The notes under the pieces: generated by a model
Database searches by the model: none
Told to the model about the DNA's origin: nothing
Seen by the model: only the letters and a program-made list of their open reading frames with translations
Assembly: GCA_016748015.1 (NCBI GenBank)
Contig: JAAOMT010000201.1
Coordinates: 1-64,000 of the forward strand
Length of the DNA: 64,000 nt
Reading direction: 5' to 3'
Source: Geosiphon pyriformis uo1
Taxonomy: Eukaryota > Fungi > Glomeromycota
Made by a program: the position numbers and the translations under genes
In this document: positions 1 through 13,056 of the stretch, piece by piece
Layout of the letters: each line of letters begins with the position of its first letter
Position numbering within the stretch: the stretch's first letter is position 1

Positions 1-1169
1 AATAAATTTATTCAATAATTCAAAAAACAATGCCAGTTTTAAGAAATATACAAAATAAAACTTGATATTAAATTCCGAATTTTATTAGATAAAACAATTA
101 TAAATAACAAATAACATTTTTGATTTACATACAAATAATGCTTTTACTATTGAAAAAAGAAAAGACTAACTCTTTATAAAAATTAAATCCATAATATAAT
201 TATCAAAATATTTGTTTACTCACAAACATAAAAAATTGGTTCACATTTGATAATTCACAATTAATAATAAAATCATGTAAAGCAGATTTATTTGTTTCAA
301 AATTTCTAATAATGTTAATATATTTATTTTAAATCCTGAAAATTTTTGTATTTTTCTTTTTTTTAAGTTTGCAATTTATTCTTTTATTTAGATAATTAAA
401 ATGTGATATTAATAAAACATATATGAATTATTTGAATAATTAGATAAAATACCACTACCAGTTTCATTTTTACTTTTTTTATGCGTATTACCGTATTTTG
501 TGTTACATCTTTACAAAGGGTATATAATTTTACGCGTGGTTTTATAATAAAAAGAATGTTAATTCATTTCTGAGAATTCTCTTCCAGGTTCAGTATTTAC
601 ATAATGAAAATATAAATCTTTTATCTTGAATCATTTATCTTAAATCAATCTGAAGTGTACAATAAATCATATAAGAAATGTTATTCCATATCGAGACTCC
701 CTAGTTAAGATTTATAACTAATGACATATTTTTCAAAGGGAAATTTGGTTTAAGAAATAATATGAATAAAAATTTACCAATTAAAAAGTATTCTTCTTTT
801 AAAGCTTGCCCCAATTAATATACAGCGTATAGCGGAAAAACTTTGCCAAAAATAACACATATAAAACTATTTCAATTTTTTAATTTGTAGCCTTGAATTT
901 ATCCTTCGAAGAACGCAACAAGCAAATGCTATTATCCCTCTGGAGCGAGGTGAACTTTAAGCGTCAAAATAAAGTAAACTGAATAAGCTATCTATCAAAA
1001 ACAGGAACAATTGTGCATAAAATATGTCTAAAAATTTTTCTTTGTCTGCGAAAAACTGCCATCAACTAGATACAGGAGTAGATATTTCACATCGCACAAT
1101 TGAATCGATAAAAAACTGTTGCTTTTCTTGGAACTATAAAGTTTTCACAGTAATTAATTCTGCTGATTC

Positions 1170-3190
1170 TGAATTATTTAAAGGTTTATCGAATAATAAG
1201 ACTATTTAGAGATAAAAATTTCTTGGATTTTTATTTTGTTATTTTTAATTTTTAATTCAACATTAGGATATTACCAAGTATGTAAATTCTAATTGAATGA
1301 TAAATTTTTAAATACATTTATGCCGTAAAAATTTGTTAGGAGTAAAAATAATAAATATCAAGTCCTTAATTTGCTAAAAATATCCCAAACAATAAACTGT
1401 GGCTCAACCCCTTTTTATAAAAATAAAATAATTTAACATTTGTTTTGAATAAGCAAGATAATAAAATATAATTTTTATTTTATGCTATATGTAATCAAAG
1501 TTTTTCTTGGGAAAATTAAATAATAAACATTTTTCTTTGACTAATATTTAAATATTTTTATTCCAAAATTACAATGTATTATTATTAACAAAAATATTCA
1601 TTTTAAACTTTGTTTCTTGACACTAAAATCTGGAATCATATATTTTTTAGCGGAGACATATGATTATTTTTTGAAATTTGGCGAAAATTACTTTTACTTC
1701 AAAGTTAAAGTTAGGATAATACTAGATCATCTTCAAAAAGAGCGATAGTAATCTAATTTTATTAGAGTAGAAAGTTCTCCCACAATGCACTAAAGAAATT
1801 TCAAGACATTATAAATTTCCCTGGTGTAAAACATGCCGTCTCCTTTAAAAGAATATTCAAAAAGAGTATCTGAACGTACTTTTGTGTCAATATTTTTAAG
1901 ATCATATTCTAGCAGAACAAAAATAGCATCTCAAAAATGAAAATCTAAATAGGGACGCAAATTCTGCTTTGCATTACAAAATAAATAAAGCTGTTATTAT
2001 TGGTGTTCAATGATCTATGAAATATGGAGGGAACTGAGGGCGCGTTTTGCTTTTTTAGAATAGAATAAACATTTAGCAATTTTTTTAAAGCTCAAATTGA
2101 TCATAAATAGAATTGTTTTTTCTTCTTTGGTAAAGATCTGCCATTTGATTAAACTTATAAAAATAGATAAAATATTCTCCTTTCGATCTTGTATTTATTG
2201 AAAAATGCTGGGTAAGTGAATTTAAGGATATAAATGATGGTTTAATATGCAAAGAAAATCCTTTATTTACTCTAATAGTTAGAGCATTGGTGATAACCGG
2301 GAACTAGATGAGAACAGTAGTTAAAATCAACAGTTGTAAATGGTTTTAACAAAAAATCTTTTCGATATAAATAAACTTCGAATTCATGGATTTCGCTGAA
2401 TGCCCATCTCTACTTTAAATCTTACAAATTCAAAGTTGTTATAATATTAAAAAACAATCTATAACTTAACGTCATACAAACGATAAATTTCAATCTTAAA
2501 GTGAAAAATACCTTTTGTGAAAATGGCAAACAGTTATTTGTTTCTTTTTTCTCCAGGCCTAATTTTATTCATATTTCTCCTGAGAAGTAGTATGGTCTTT
2601 GTTATCGCAAAAAACCAAAGGTGGTTTAATAATTTTTAATAGAAATTGGTGTTAATTCTGAGTTAACTTTATAATTTACTCAAAATTTGGGACTTTGAAC
2701 CGGTATTTAAAATAATATTTTTTAGTCTCTCATCGCGAACACTTGCAGTTTCCTCTTCTTTGATCTCTACCAAAACCACTAGTTCTACTCTGGAAGCTCC
2801 CACTGCATTGATCTTAAATAATCTCAGAAATGGTTTTAACGGTAAAAACAATGGAAATGGAAATGATAACAGCAACGGAAATGGAAATGGAAATATAAAT
2901 TATAGCCGCGATAAAAATTACAATACCTCAAGTAGAAAGGATGGAACAAAGACTGTAACTAGCACTGTATATCAAGGAGCCAATGGAAATAATAAGGGAG
3001 AATATGGGGGCCCATGGACTACATCTCGGGGACGCGTTATTTGGTAATTATTTTTTTATTACAATAAATATTTAAATTATCTTAATTTAATTGAAAATGG
3101 GTTTCTAAATTATTCTGGTTTGGAATTTATCTAACAGGGGTAGAGAAGAAAGATACTAAAGCGAGATTTAGATGTTGGGTAAGCATGAAT
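1170..3190 (+). repeat. Left arm of a ~2-kb inverted segmental duplication (partner ~10620-13056)
   Basis: Collinear reverse-complement matches through upstream DNA, exons and introns, e.g. ~2283-2360 vs ~11580-11660 and ~1190-1275 vs ~12915-12995. Similarity is lost just after the exon-3 donor (gtaagcatgaat). Confidence 0.9.
2523..3159 (+). CDS. Secreted Gly/Asn-rich small protein, copy A (truncated paralog of 10263-11407), ~145 aa; could be a pseudogene
   Basis: Hand-built model: exon1 2523-2620 (MANSYLFLFSPGLILFIFLLRSSMVFVIAKNQ, signal-peptide-like), GT..AG intron 2621-2725, exon2 2726-3043 (contains ORF 2760-3047), intron 3044-3137 (ctaac branch, cag acceptor), exon3 from 3138 reading (W)GREERY then TAA at 3157-3159. 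Exon3 is 1 nt shorter than in copy B. Confidence 0.65.
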
Positions 3191-6100
3191 ATAACCCTCT
3201 TAGTATTAGGAGGTTACGACATGAAAATTGAAAAACGATACCCTTGCTCTATAGTCGTAAAAGGTGACCTCCTAATTGTAAGATTTCAAAGAGCAAGGGA
3301 TAATTAGGTTGGTAGGTCTTTATTTTCAGTCATTAAAAAACTGCCTTCATAAAGTGGTTGAGGTAAATTTTTTTATTTTTTATTTGAAAAGATATTAATT
3401 AATCATTTTTTCAGACTGTTTATCAAAACATATGAGGATTGTTGGCACTAAAAATATTAATTTTTACTTTGACTAAACCAAGTAATTTTAAACAATGGGA
3501 TGTACAGCATTTAAACAATCTTTTTTTCGACTTTAATTGTTTCTACTTAGATTGTTGACAAAAATCCTATTTTTGACGCTTTTGTCATCTTGATTATGGT
3601 AAAATATCTTTGATTGCTATTTGCTAAAAGAATAATCTGTCATAATTAAGAAATTTAATTCTAAAAATTTTTTTAATACAATCCATAAAAAATAAAATAA
3701 AATTTTATTTTTTTAATACATTAATATAAAAGCAAACCAAAATTTTTTAATTCCTCATTTGTTTTAAAGATGTTAAAAATTATTTTTTTGCTTAGTTTAA
3801 AAAATAGTTATAATAATTATGAGTTAATTTTTTGAAAAACTATTGATTAAAGGTAAAATTTAAAATGTACATGTTAATCAAAGTTATAATAATTGTGCCT
3901 TTTTTTATAAATTTTCCTATTCAACTTTCAAATAACAGAATTTTATTTTCGTATGTCATAATAACATTGTTTTTTGAATACAACATTCTGCAAAAATTAA
4001 AGACACCATTTCTACTTAATTCTAAAAATTCTTTTCTATTAGCAGAAGTACGAATTTGGTATTAATAAAAATATTAATTAATTAGGTATTGGCCGAAATT
4101 ATCAACGCGATAAGCGATACGCGACGCGATGATATCTGTTACAATCAAAAGACGAGGAGTTTTTACGTCAAAAAGATTGTTATGCTGAATTATATAAAAA
4201 TGTTGACATGGATGAAAGATTTTGTATAACAGCTTCGGTACTTACCTGTTTTCACAATCCAAATATACAAGACTGTTGTTGTCTTTCTCACATCAAAACC
4301 CAATTTTCAAAATTCGATATTCAAAAATGTCGCGACGCTGCATAAAAGCTAATACAGGAGATGAATATCGTGATAAATGTAAGCCATCGAGAGAAGATTT
4401 TATTTTTAATGAATAATCATGATTCCTAAATAAAAATTTCTTTTGATTACGTATTCTAATAAATATTTAAATTTTGCAGGCATAACTTTTATAAGATATA
4501 CTTTAACAGGGACAAAGTCACTTAATGAGGATTATTGTAAATTAAATTAGGAATTAAATCCCTAATTCTTTTATTAATAAGACTTGAAAATGGACTAACA
4601 TAATTATCAGTAACAGAACTCGATTTATTCAGAATAACGGCCACAATCGAGTTATACGTTTTTAGAGAATGCAAAGTGACCATCACACCGGAATACTGTG
4701 AAAGCATACACCATAAAATAGTGGCACTTGTCACGACAGGCATCTATTAAATGGCCAGATCGCAGCCGTTGAATTCGTTAAAGAGATCATTAAATGCTGA
4801 AAAATTTTTGGAATTTGATAATACTAAATCAACTTTATATCTGATCATATTTAGAACTTGATATTCATTACTATAAAGGCTGAATTAAAAATATTAAAAT
4901 ACAGCAAGTATTCAATCATGTCAAATTATATTTATTAAAAATCGTCAAAAGTAAGATCTTTTAGTTCTCTTATCTCTTTCAAATATTTTTAATTTCAACT
5001 AACTCAATAAACTTTACTTCGAAATTTTTTTTCTATATAAATATTAGTAGTAATAATTATATGATTAAAATTGAATTTGCTTTTAACTTTTCAACAAAGA
5101 ACTCATTGTTTCATTAAAACTAGCAAAAAGTAAACTCAAGACAATGTGAAACATAAAGCCCGATATGATAATTAAATATATTAATTAACTCATGTTTTTT
5201 AAAAGAGAAAAAAATACTTCGAATTTTCATATTTTTCAAATAATTATTATGCAAGAAAATTAATTTCTACCTGTTTAAATTGTACACAAGCTTTTAAGAA
5301 AATTTATTATATACATCATTGTTTGTAACCACCAACCCTGTATATCTCTTGTAAATAGACTTAGTAATGTGAAATATTCGTCCCCTAATCCTAATGCTAG
5401 TCCTACCTATCCTTTTCACCAAAAAATACGTTATAAAAATCTTTATTTCTAATTTTAATTCCTAAATATACCCTATTAGCAACGACCAATACTTTCATGT
5501 GGGTTGTTTAAACGTATTAAGTGGATTTAGCTATGAATAATACAAAGAAACTCAATTAATGACAAAACTGTTAAATAAACTAATATGAATTATAGTTAAA
5601 ACGTGCACTAATTTCAGGTTTTCAGCAAGCTTGGGAGGGACACAGTAGTCATGTATGCTAACCTTAATTAATGCTTAAAAATTTGAGGTCTGTAGTATGG
5701 TATCAAAAAATGGCAATCCGATTTTGTTTGTCAAGCATGATGTTGACCAATTCATTTTTCCAAAAACTGGCATTTTAAGAAATTAAAAACTTGTCTTACA
5801 AAGAAGTTGTGCATCTCTTTTAATATTAAATCCAATAACGGGGGGGGGGTGTGTGTGAGTTTGTTTAGACTGTATATCATTTTCTTTTTATCACAAGATT
5901 ATAAGAAGGGTGACACCATTTAGCTTTTTTTATGAGTTATTCCGAAAAAATAAAACACAAAATTTCAAATTCCTACCTTATTATTTGATATTAAAGAAAA
6001 ATATTTTGTGATTGGGCAAAAAATTTCCATCTCACAATGGTTCTAAAAAAAGCCATTTTTTCATCTTAACTCGGTTTTTTTGCTCTTTTCAGAGAGGTAT

Positions 6101-6564
6101 ACAAAGATAAGGAATATCAATGTGATAAAATTTATCCTAATAACAAAGAAATCTTCACAAAGTCTTTGGAAAGATAAGCTTAATTTTGGTTTTTGAAATA
6201 GATAGAATTCTGAGTATCTCACATTATTATGCCTTTCATAGACACCTCCGGCCTAATCTTTTCAAAGGATTATACGACAAGAAAGGGGGAATATCCTTAG
6301 ATTTTAAGGAGACGATCACATTAAATTGTACGGAAAAATGGCTTTATCGGCTTGATTGAAAAACTAGAGATGGAAGATACAATTATAAATTATAGAATTT
6401 GCGTTCCAGGAATCGAAGAAACCTTTTACCCAAAATCGATTTGAAGTTATAATATTCAAATATGATTTCAATTAGTGCAATACATATTCAAGCTTTATTT
6501 TATTTTTAAAATTGATTTTCTTAGTTCTAAAATTAAATAATTTATTAATCTATACTAAGAAATT

Positions 6565-8201
6565 TTAATCATTATTGAATTTTTGCTTTTGGATTGTTCT
6601 TTGATTTTTTAAAAAATTTAACGAAGACGTTTTTCGATGATAAGGAGGTGGTGAAAGTGCGGTCGGATAAAGTTCAACTTTCTCTATATGATAATTGGAA
6701 CTTGTGGAAGGTGTTCGTTTCAGGGGTGGCTCTAATAGAGTGAATGATGTTGATTGTTCGTGCGGTGGTGTTCGGGGTTCATTACTTCTGAGAAATTAAT
6801 GGAAAAGATAATTTTCGTGAGATTTGTAATGAAACAATAGAGAACTCATGTCCTTGGGCTCAAGAAATCTCATAATTCTGTGCAATTTTTTAAAAATTCT
6901 TAATGTACCTACCCATCAGAATTCGATGAGACAAAAGTAGAGTATGAAGTTTTGTGCATCAATTGAGTATCCAAAATCTCTGAATCCATTTGCATATTAT
7001 TCCCATTCGATTGAATTATTCCTGTATGAAATTGAGATTTCTCAAAATTTTCACGTACTGGTGATAAAGGTGGTACATTCGAGGTCGACTTTTTTTTTCT
7101 CAGACTCATCTGCGCTTCAATAATATTTGCCAAATGGACATCTTCTTCTATTAGTAGATCCATTGCAGTTCCAAAAAGACACAATTTTATTTGCAATTGA
7201 TAGCTAATATTAATAAATTTTGCGGAGAAAGATGGTTGAGAACCACGTGGAATAAAGAGACAGATCGTGCTCACACATTCTCGATCATTATGATTAACCA
7301 GAACTGGTTGTAGATAACGAAGCTCGTGACGAGGAATTATCAATGATGCAATGGTTTCTTTAGAATGACGAGACTCATTAGGATTATTAGAACGAAATTC
7401 CATGAATTTCAGAAGTTGAACCTCTACTCTTTCTAGATTGAGACCGAGCTGAAGAAATCGGATTTGCAGTGGAATCGTGACGTAAGCACCAATGTTGAGT
7501 TTCTTCATTGGTGGAAAAATCATACTATATTCGATGGTACCATGAGATTTTTCTCGTAATTGATATGAAGGAACTGTTGTAGGATCAATCAATAAAGTTT
7601 TCTTTAGTGGACATTCAAATTCCGCGATATGAGGACCAGCCATAACACCATGTCGATTTACGGTAGCACGAAGTATATACTTTACAAACCCATAATCTGT
7701 TGTCATTGTTTCTGGAAGATTACGAGGAAGTTTAATTTTGAAGGGGATATCCAAGTCTTTAATCTCTCGTGCATCTTCACCCGAATAAATTCGAAACGCT
7801 TTGTCAATAATTACGTGTTCACCGCTAAAATTTGATTTTGATCTTGCTTGTGATTTACACCATGATGTTTTTTCGATCCCTCTCAGTTGTAAAATTACGC
7901 TACGGATGGGACGTGGGGTTGTATAGTTTAAGTGTAAAATACCCAAAAGATAAGTATCTGAATCGCCAAGTGGACCACGTTGAAAAGTTCCAGTTTCGTC
8001 GAAATAAGAAAATGTAATATTTTTGTGTAATTTTAGATATGAGTTTGAGGAAAGTAAATTATGTGAATTATTTTCACTAGGGAGGTCTTTAAGAGAGGAA
8101 TAACTATCCCATGAACAGTTTGATGTCGTATCATCAAAAGAAATTATCGAGGGAGTAGCAATATTGCTTTGATTAATATTTTGATTAATATCTTGATTCA
8201 T
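6565..8201 (-). CDS. Alpha-arrestin (arrestin-related trafficking adaptor) with C-terminal PPxY motif
   Basis: ORF 6909-8201 has arrestin-N signatures (GILHLNYTTPRPIRSVILQLRGIEKTSW; IPFKIKLPRNLPETMTTDYGFVKYILRATV) and an arrestin-C-like region. A phase-2 intron 6912-6788 (gg|gtaggt...ctcag|a) joins an open 3' exon 6787-6565 containing LSPPPY at ~6657-6640. Confidence 0.85.
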
Positions 8202-10262
8202 ATTAAGTGGGGTAAGTAAATTAAATTTAGAATATTTTTTTTCCGTAGGAAATAAAAGGAGAATAGAAAGACTTTGTTTTATAAATTTAAATAATGGCTG
8301 CGACTTTAGAATTAGATATAATGGAAAGGAATATATATGAATTTTTAAGAAGAAAGCAATAAAAAAACGATATCGTTAGAAAAGGTCAAGACCAATTACC
8401 AGGAAAAGAAAAGGAAAAAGATGAACCTTCTTTTGAATCACGCTATAAATATTTTTTCGCAAAGAAAAAATTTTCTTTGCGTTTTATATTGTTTATATTT
8501 GGGAATATTCCTTTTAGTTTTTTGGATTGACAAAAGATTTGTTAGAGTTTGCAAGAAAAAAATAAGACTTTTGTCTTTCCCAGGTGTTCCAGTCTCTTTA
8601 TATACCAGTCCCTTTTCTCTTAAATCGATCGGATGTTTGGAAAATTGTTTACATGATACACATTGTGGTACTTCCAAATATTTGGGGGTTCAATTACTAT
8701 CGTCTAGTTTGTATTTAGAAGAAATACAATTGTATATATATAGATTTAAAAGTAAAACGAATTTTAATTCATTATGATGTGCATCTTTTAAAACAAAAAA
8801 AACCAAAAAAAATTTTTAATTTTCTTGATTTATTGATGCATCACATAATTGCATCAGCTTTGTGGTCATTGCATGATCCGTTTACTGAAACATGGGGAAT
8901 CTTATTAAGTATATCTTCAAGAATCTGATCCTTTTAGTAGGTGATATCTGTTGCATAATCAAGGTTCAATAAATTTTTCATTCTTGATAAGAGATATTTA
9001 GTATTTTTAACATACAATTAAATTTGTGTAAAAAAATTATAAAAATCAATCTATATGTTTTGGCTAAAAATTCATCTAATTTAGTGAGTTTCAACTTCTT
9101 TATGATAATCAAGTTAGTAAGGAAATGATTTATCAATTATATTTATAATATGTTGGGTAAAAGTTTAATATGAAACATAAGTAATTAATTTTCATTGGGA
9201 AAGTATCCCTGAAAAACTGAATCATTAAAATTAAAATTGAATATGAGATCTGAGTATTTTAAAATGATGAATATAAACACCTTTCAAATATAAATTTTTT
9301 TTTCAATTCTTAAAGCCAACTCTTTTAGAATTTTTTAGTCAGCTTATTAAAAATGATAATTCTAATTGTATACTATGAGAAATTATTTTTATCAGCAAAA
9401 ATTCCTAAATAATTGGTTAAAAAATAATTTCTTATATTCTAAATTTATATTAAAACATTATCAACGGGAAGCAGAGGATATTTAAAAACAAGGAGTAATG
9501 TAGACGAATAAAGAAATCATTGCTATGAAAAGATATCGCAATTGTATAAAATTATTAATTGATATTGCCTTTTGACATTAAGGCTTTTCATTTATAAAAG
9601 AATTTTTTTTCCCAATGTTTTTAAAATTTATCAAAATTATTTTAAGACAAATAGATTTCATATCTCTCAAAATTAATTAAATTTAAATTTTCAGGTAAAG
9701 GAAATCATAAAAAGCAACATTGAGCTAATATATATTGGTATTATATAATAATAAAAAAGATATTAAAAAGATTGCAAGCTTTTTTGACTGTTAAGAAAAG
9801 GATAATCACAAAATTTTCCCCATGAATATTTTTGTTTTTTAATGAGACTAATTCAAATTTTAAACGCCAAATTTTTTTTATGATTTTTACCTAACCATTT
9901 TCGGTTATTAAATATATAAATCCGGAATAATTAATAATCTAATAAAAAGATATTTTACCAAATTAAATGTAAAAAAAGTTAGGTTACCCATTTATTTTCA
10001 TTTTAAATATATCTTTTATTCAAATTAACTCAAATCATGTGTTCCGTCATAGGTAGTGTCTATTGAAAAATATAATATGATTCACATCCACATCCCCGCT
10101 TGATAAGACTAGTTTCGCTTTTTAAAGTTTTTATCAAAACTATACTTTTGAAATCTATTATAAATAAATTATTTTGATTTTAATGTTAAAAAAATTTATT
10201 CTTTAAATTACATCCAAATAACAACCAGAATCATGATTGAATTCATTTTATATTAAAAAAAT

Positions 10263-11407
10263 TCAATCAAATAAGTGGTAATACACCCAATCGGTAATTG
10301 CAATTCCTAAATAAATAAACATTTGAAAATTAATAAGGTTGGGTTTGCTAGTTTCAGCAGAAGCTGAGACTTTATTTGTTGATTTCGGTTCCAATGAAGT
10401 TTCTGTTGTTTTTGAATTTGAATCTTGTGTTGGAATTGATTGAAGAGTTGCAGTACTCCCTATTGATTTTTGCATCGCTGGGGATGATAGTTGTTGTGAA
10501 TCAGGTGTCGGTGTTGCTTGCCTATTTCGAGGACAAATAAAAAAATAAAATGTTGCAGCGATTTATGGTTGGATTAAGTAATCAAAATTCAATACAATAT
10601 GCTTCAAAATGAAATCAATTCATGCTTACCCGACATCTAAATCTCGCTTTACTACCTTTTCTCTCTTTCCCCTGTTAGATAAATTCCAAACCAGAATAAT
10701 TTAGAAACCCATTAAGATAATTTAAATATCTATTTTAATAGAAAAATAATTACCAAATAACGCCTCCAGGAGCTGTAGTCCATGGGCCATTATATTGCCC
10801 GTTGGGTGCTCCTGCTGGAGTGTTAGTCGTAGTATCTTTTCCATCATTTCCACTTGAGGTACCGCAATTGTTATTATGGCTACAATTTAAATTTAAATTT
10901 CCATTTCCATTTCCATTTCCGTTGTTGTTACCATTGCCATTTCCTGTATTTCCATTTCCATTGTTGTTACCATTTCCATTTCCTGTATTTCCATTTCCGT
11001 TGTTGTTACCATTTCCATTTCCTGTATTTCCATTTCCGTTGTTGTTACCATTTCCATTTCCTGTATTTCCATTTCCGTTGTTGTTACCATTAGAACTACC
11101 GCTGGCTTTATTTAAGATCAATGCAGTGGGAGTTGCCAGAGTGGAAGTAGTGGTGTTGGTGGAGATCAAAGAAGAGGGAACTGCAAGTGTTCGTGATGAG
11201 AGACTAAAAAATATTATTTTAAATACCAGTTTAAAGTCCCAAATTATGAGTAAATTAGAAAATTTAACTCAGAATTAACACCATTTTCTATTGAAAATCA
11301 TTAAACCACCTTTGGTTTTCTGCGATAACAAAGACCATAGTACTTCTCAGGAGAAATATGAATAAAATTAGGCTTGGAGAGAAAAGAAATAAATAAATAT
11401 TTGCCAT
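10263..11407 (-). CDS. Secreted, probably GPI-anchored Gly/Asn-repeat cell-surface protein, copy B (4 exons, 282 aa)
   Basis: Exons 11407-11310, 11203-10754, 10671-10630 and 10521-10263 with GT-AG introns splice to 849 nt, open and in frame. Order: signal peptide, (GNNNGNGNTGNGN)n, GPWTTAPGGVIWG-KR-EKVV-KR-DLDVG, Ser/Thr/Pro-rich stalk, hydrophobic C-terminus (FQMFIYLGIAITDWVYYHLFD). Joins ORF-track pieces 10750-11169 and 10263-10475. Confidence 0.85.
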
Positions 11408-13056
11408 TTTTTACAAAAAGTTATTTTCTGTTTAAAGATTGAAATTTATCGTTTGTATGACGTTAAGTTATAGATTATTCTTTAAAATTATAACGATTTT
11501 GAATTTTATAAGATTTAAAGTAGAGATGAGCATTCAGTAAAATCCATAAATTTCAGGTCTTATTTATATCGAAAGGATTTTTTGTTAAAACCATTTACAA
11601 CTGTTGATTTTAACTATTGTTCTCATCTAGTTCCCGGTTATCACCAATACTCTAACTATTAGAGGGAATAAAAGAATTTTCTTTGCATATTAAACCATTA
11701 TCTATACCTTTGAATTCGTTTACCAAACCAATTATGCAATTCTCAATAAATATAAGATCGGAAAGACAATATTTGATTAGCTTTTTGAACCTTCCATTGG
11801 ATTTATCTATTTAGAAGTTTAATTGTATGGCAGATCTTTACCATCAAATATCGACAGAATAACTATTGAAAAGATTTAAATAACATTGCTAAATGTTTAT
11901 TCTATTCTGCAAAAGCAATTTGCGTCTCAGCTCCTTGCATTTTTCATAGAATTTTGAGCATTAATAATAATGGACATTTGACGAAGCCTCATTTAGCTAT
12001 ATTACGGAAAATCTTGCAGATTATGATTGAGAAATCTAATTCTAATAAGAGAATGTATGAGTTGTTGTAATGCAAAAGCAAAAAAATCTTTTTAAAGTGT
12101 CACTATTTATTAATTTTCTTTTTATAAACGCTATTCGTTAATTCGAGAGCATATATTTTCATTTTTAAAATACTATTTGTCATTCTGCAAGAATAAGATC
12201 TTAAAAATATTAACAGAAAAGTACGTCCAGATTGAAGAATAAATAATTAAGAAAACGAAATAAAAAGTTCAGGATGTTCTTTCTGAACATTCCTTTAAAT
12301 CAGACGACATGTTTTACACTCTGGTAATTTAAAATATCTTGGAGTTTCTTTAGCGAATTGTGGATAAGACTTTTTATTTTAATAAAATTAGATTACTATC
12401 ACTCTTTTGAAGATGATCTAGTATCATCCTTACTTTTATTCAGCGTTAACTATGAAGTAAAAGCCAAATTTCTAAAAAATAGCCATATATCTCCGTTAAA
12501 AAATTTAAGACTCTAAATATAAGTATCAAGAAACAAAATTTTAAAATGAATATTTTTGTTAATAGTAAACATTGATCAAAGAAAAAGGTTTGTTATTAAA
12601 TTTTCCTTAAAAAAATTTCGTAAATATCTGATTATATATACTATAAATAGAAATTATCTCACTTATTTATTTTAAATAAAGATTAAATTACATTACTAAT
12701 GAAAGGAATTTTTACAAAGTTGTTTAAGGAAATATTTCGTTTTATTTTTATAAAATGTGACATAAGCCAGAGTTTAACCATTTTTATTATTTTATTGATA
12801 TAGGATATTTTTAGTAAATCAATGACTTGATATTTATTATTTTTATTCGTGACAAATCTTTACGATATAAATGTATTTAATAAATAATTTTGTTCTAATT
12901 ATAATTTTTATATTAGATAATATCCTAATGCTGAATTAAAAATTAAAAATAACAAAATGAAAAATACAAGAAATTCATATCTCTAAATACTCTTATTATT
13001 CTATAAAATTTAATCAATTTATCATAGCTTTACTATTAAAAACTTTAAATAATTCA
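10620..13056 (-). repeat. Right arm of the inverted segmental duplication (partner 1170-3190)
   Basis: Reverse-complement similarity to 1170-3190, with several indels in the upstream part. Confidence 0.9.
10897..11088 (-). repeat. Coding 39-bp tandem repeat (GNNNGNGNTGNGN x4 plus a partial unit)
   Basis: Unit ccatttccatttcctgtatttccatttccgttgttgtta repeated on the + strand. It generates the spurious overlapping ORFs 10802, 10854 and 10893. Confidence 0.95.

Noticed and set aside
8421-8777. Overlapping ORFs upstream of the arrestin
   Set aside because: No recognisable domain; AT-rich promoter or UTR-like composition.
10897-11088. CRISPR-like array
   Set aside because: Contiguous coding tandem repeat without unique spacers, in a eukaryotic context.
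10802-11278. ORFs 10802-11278, 10854-11093, 10893-11090 and 2669-2875
   Set aside because: Alternative-frame or antisense shadows of the G/N-repeat genes.
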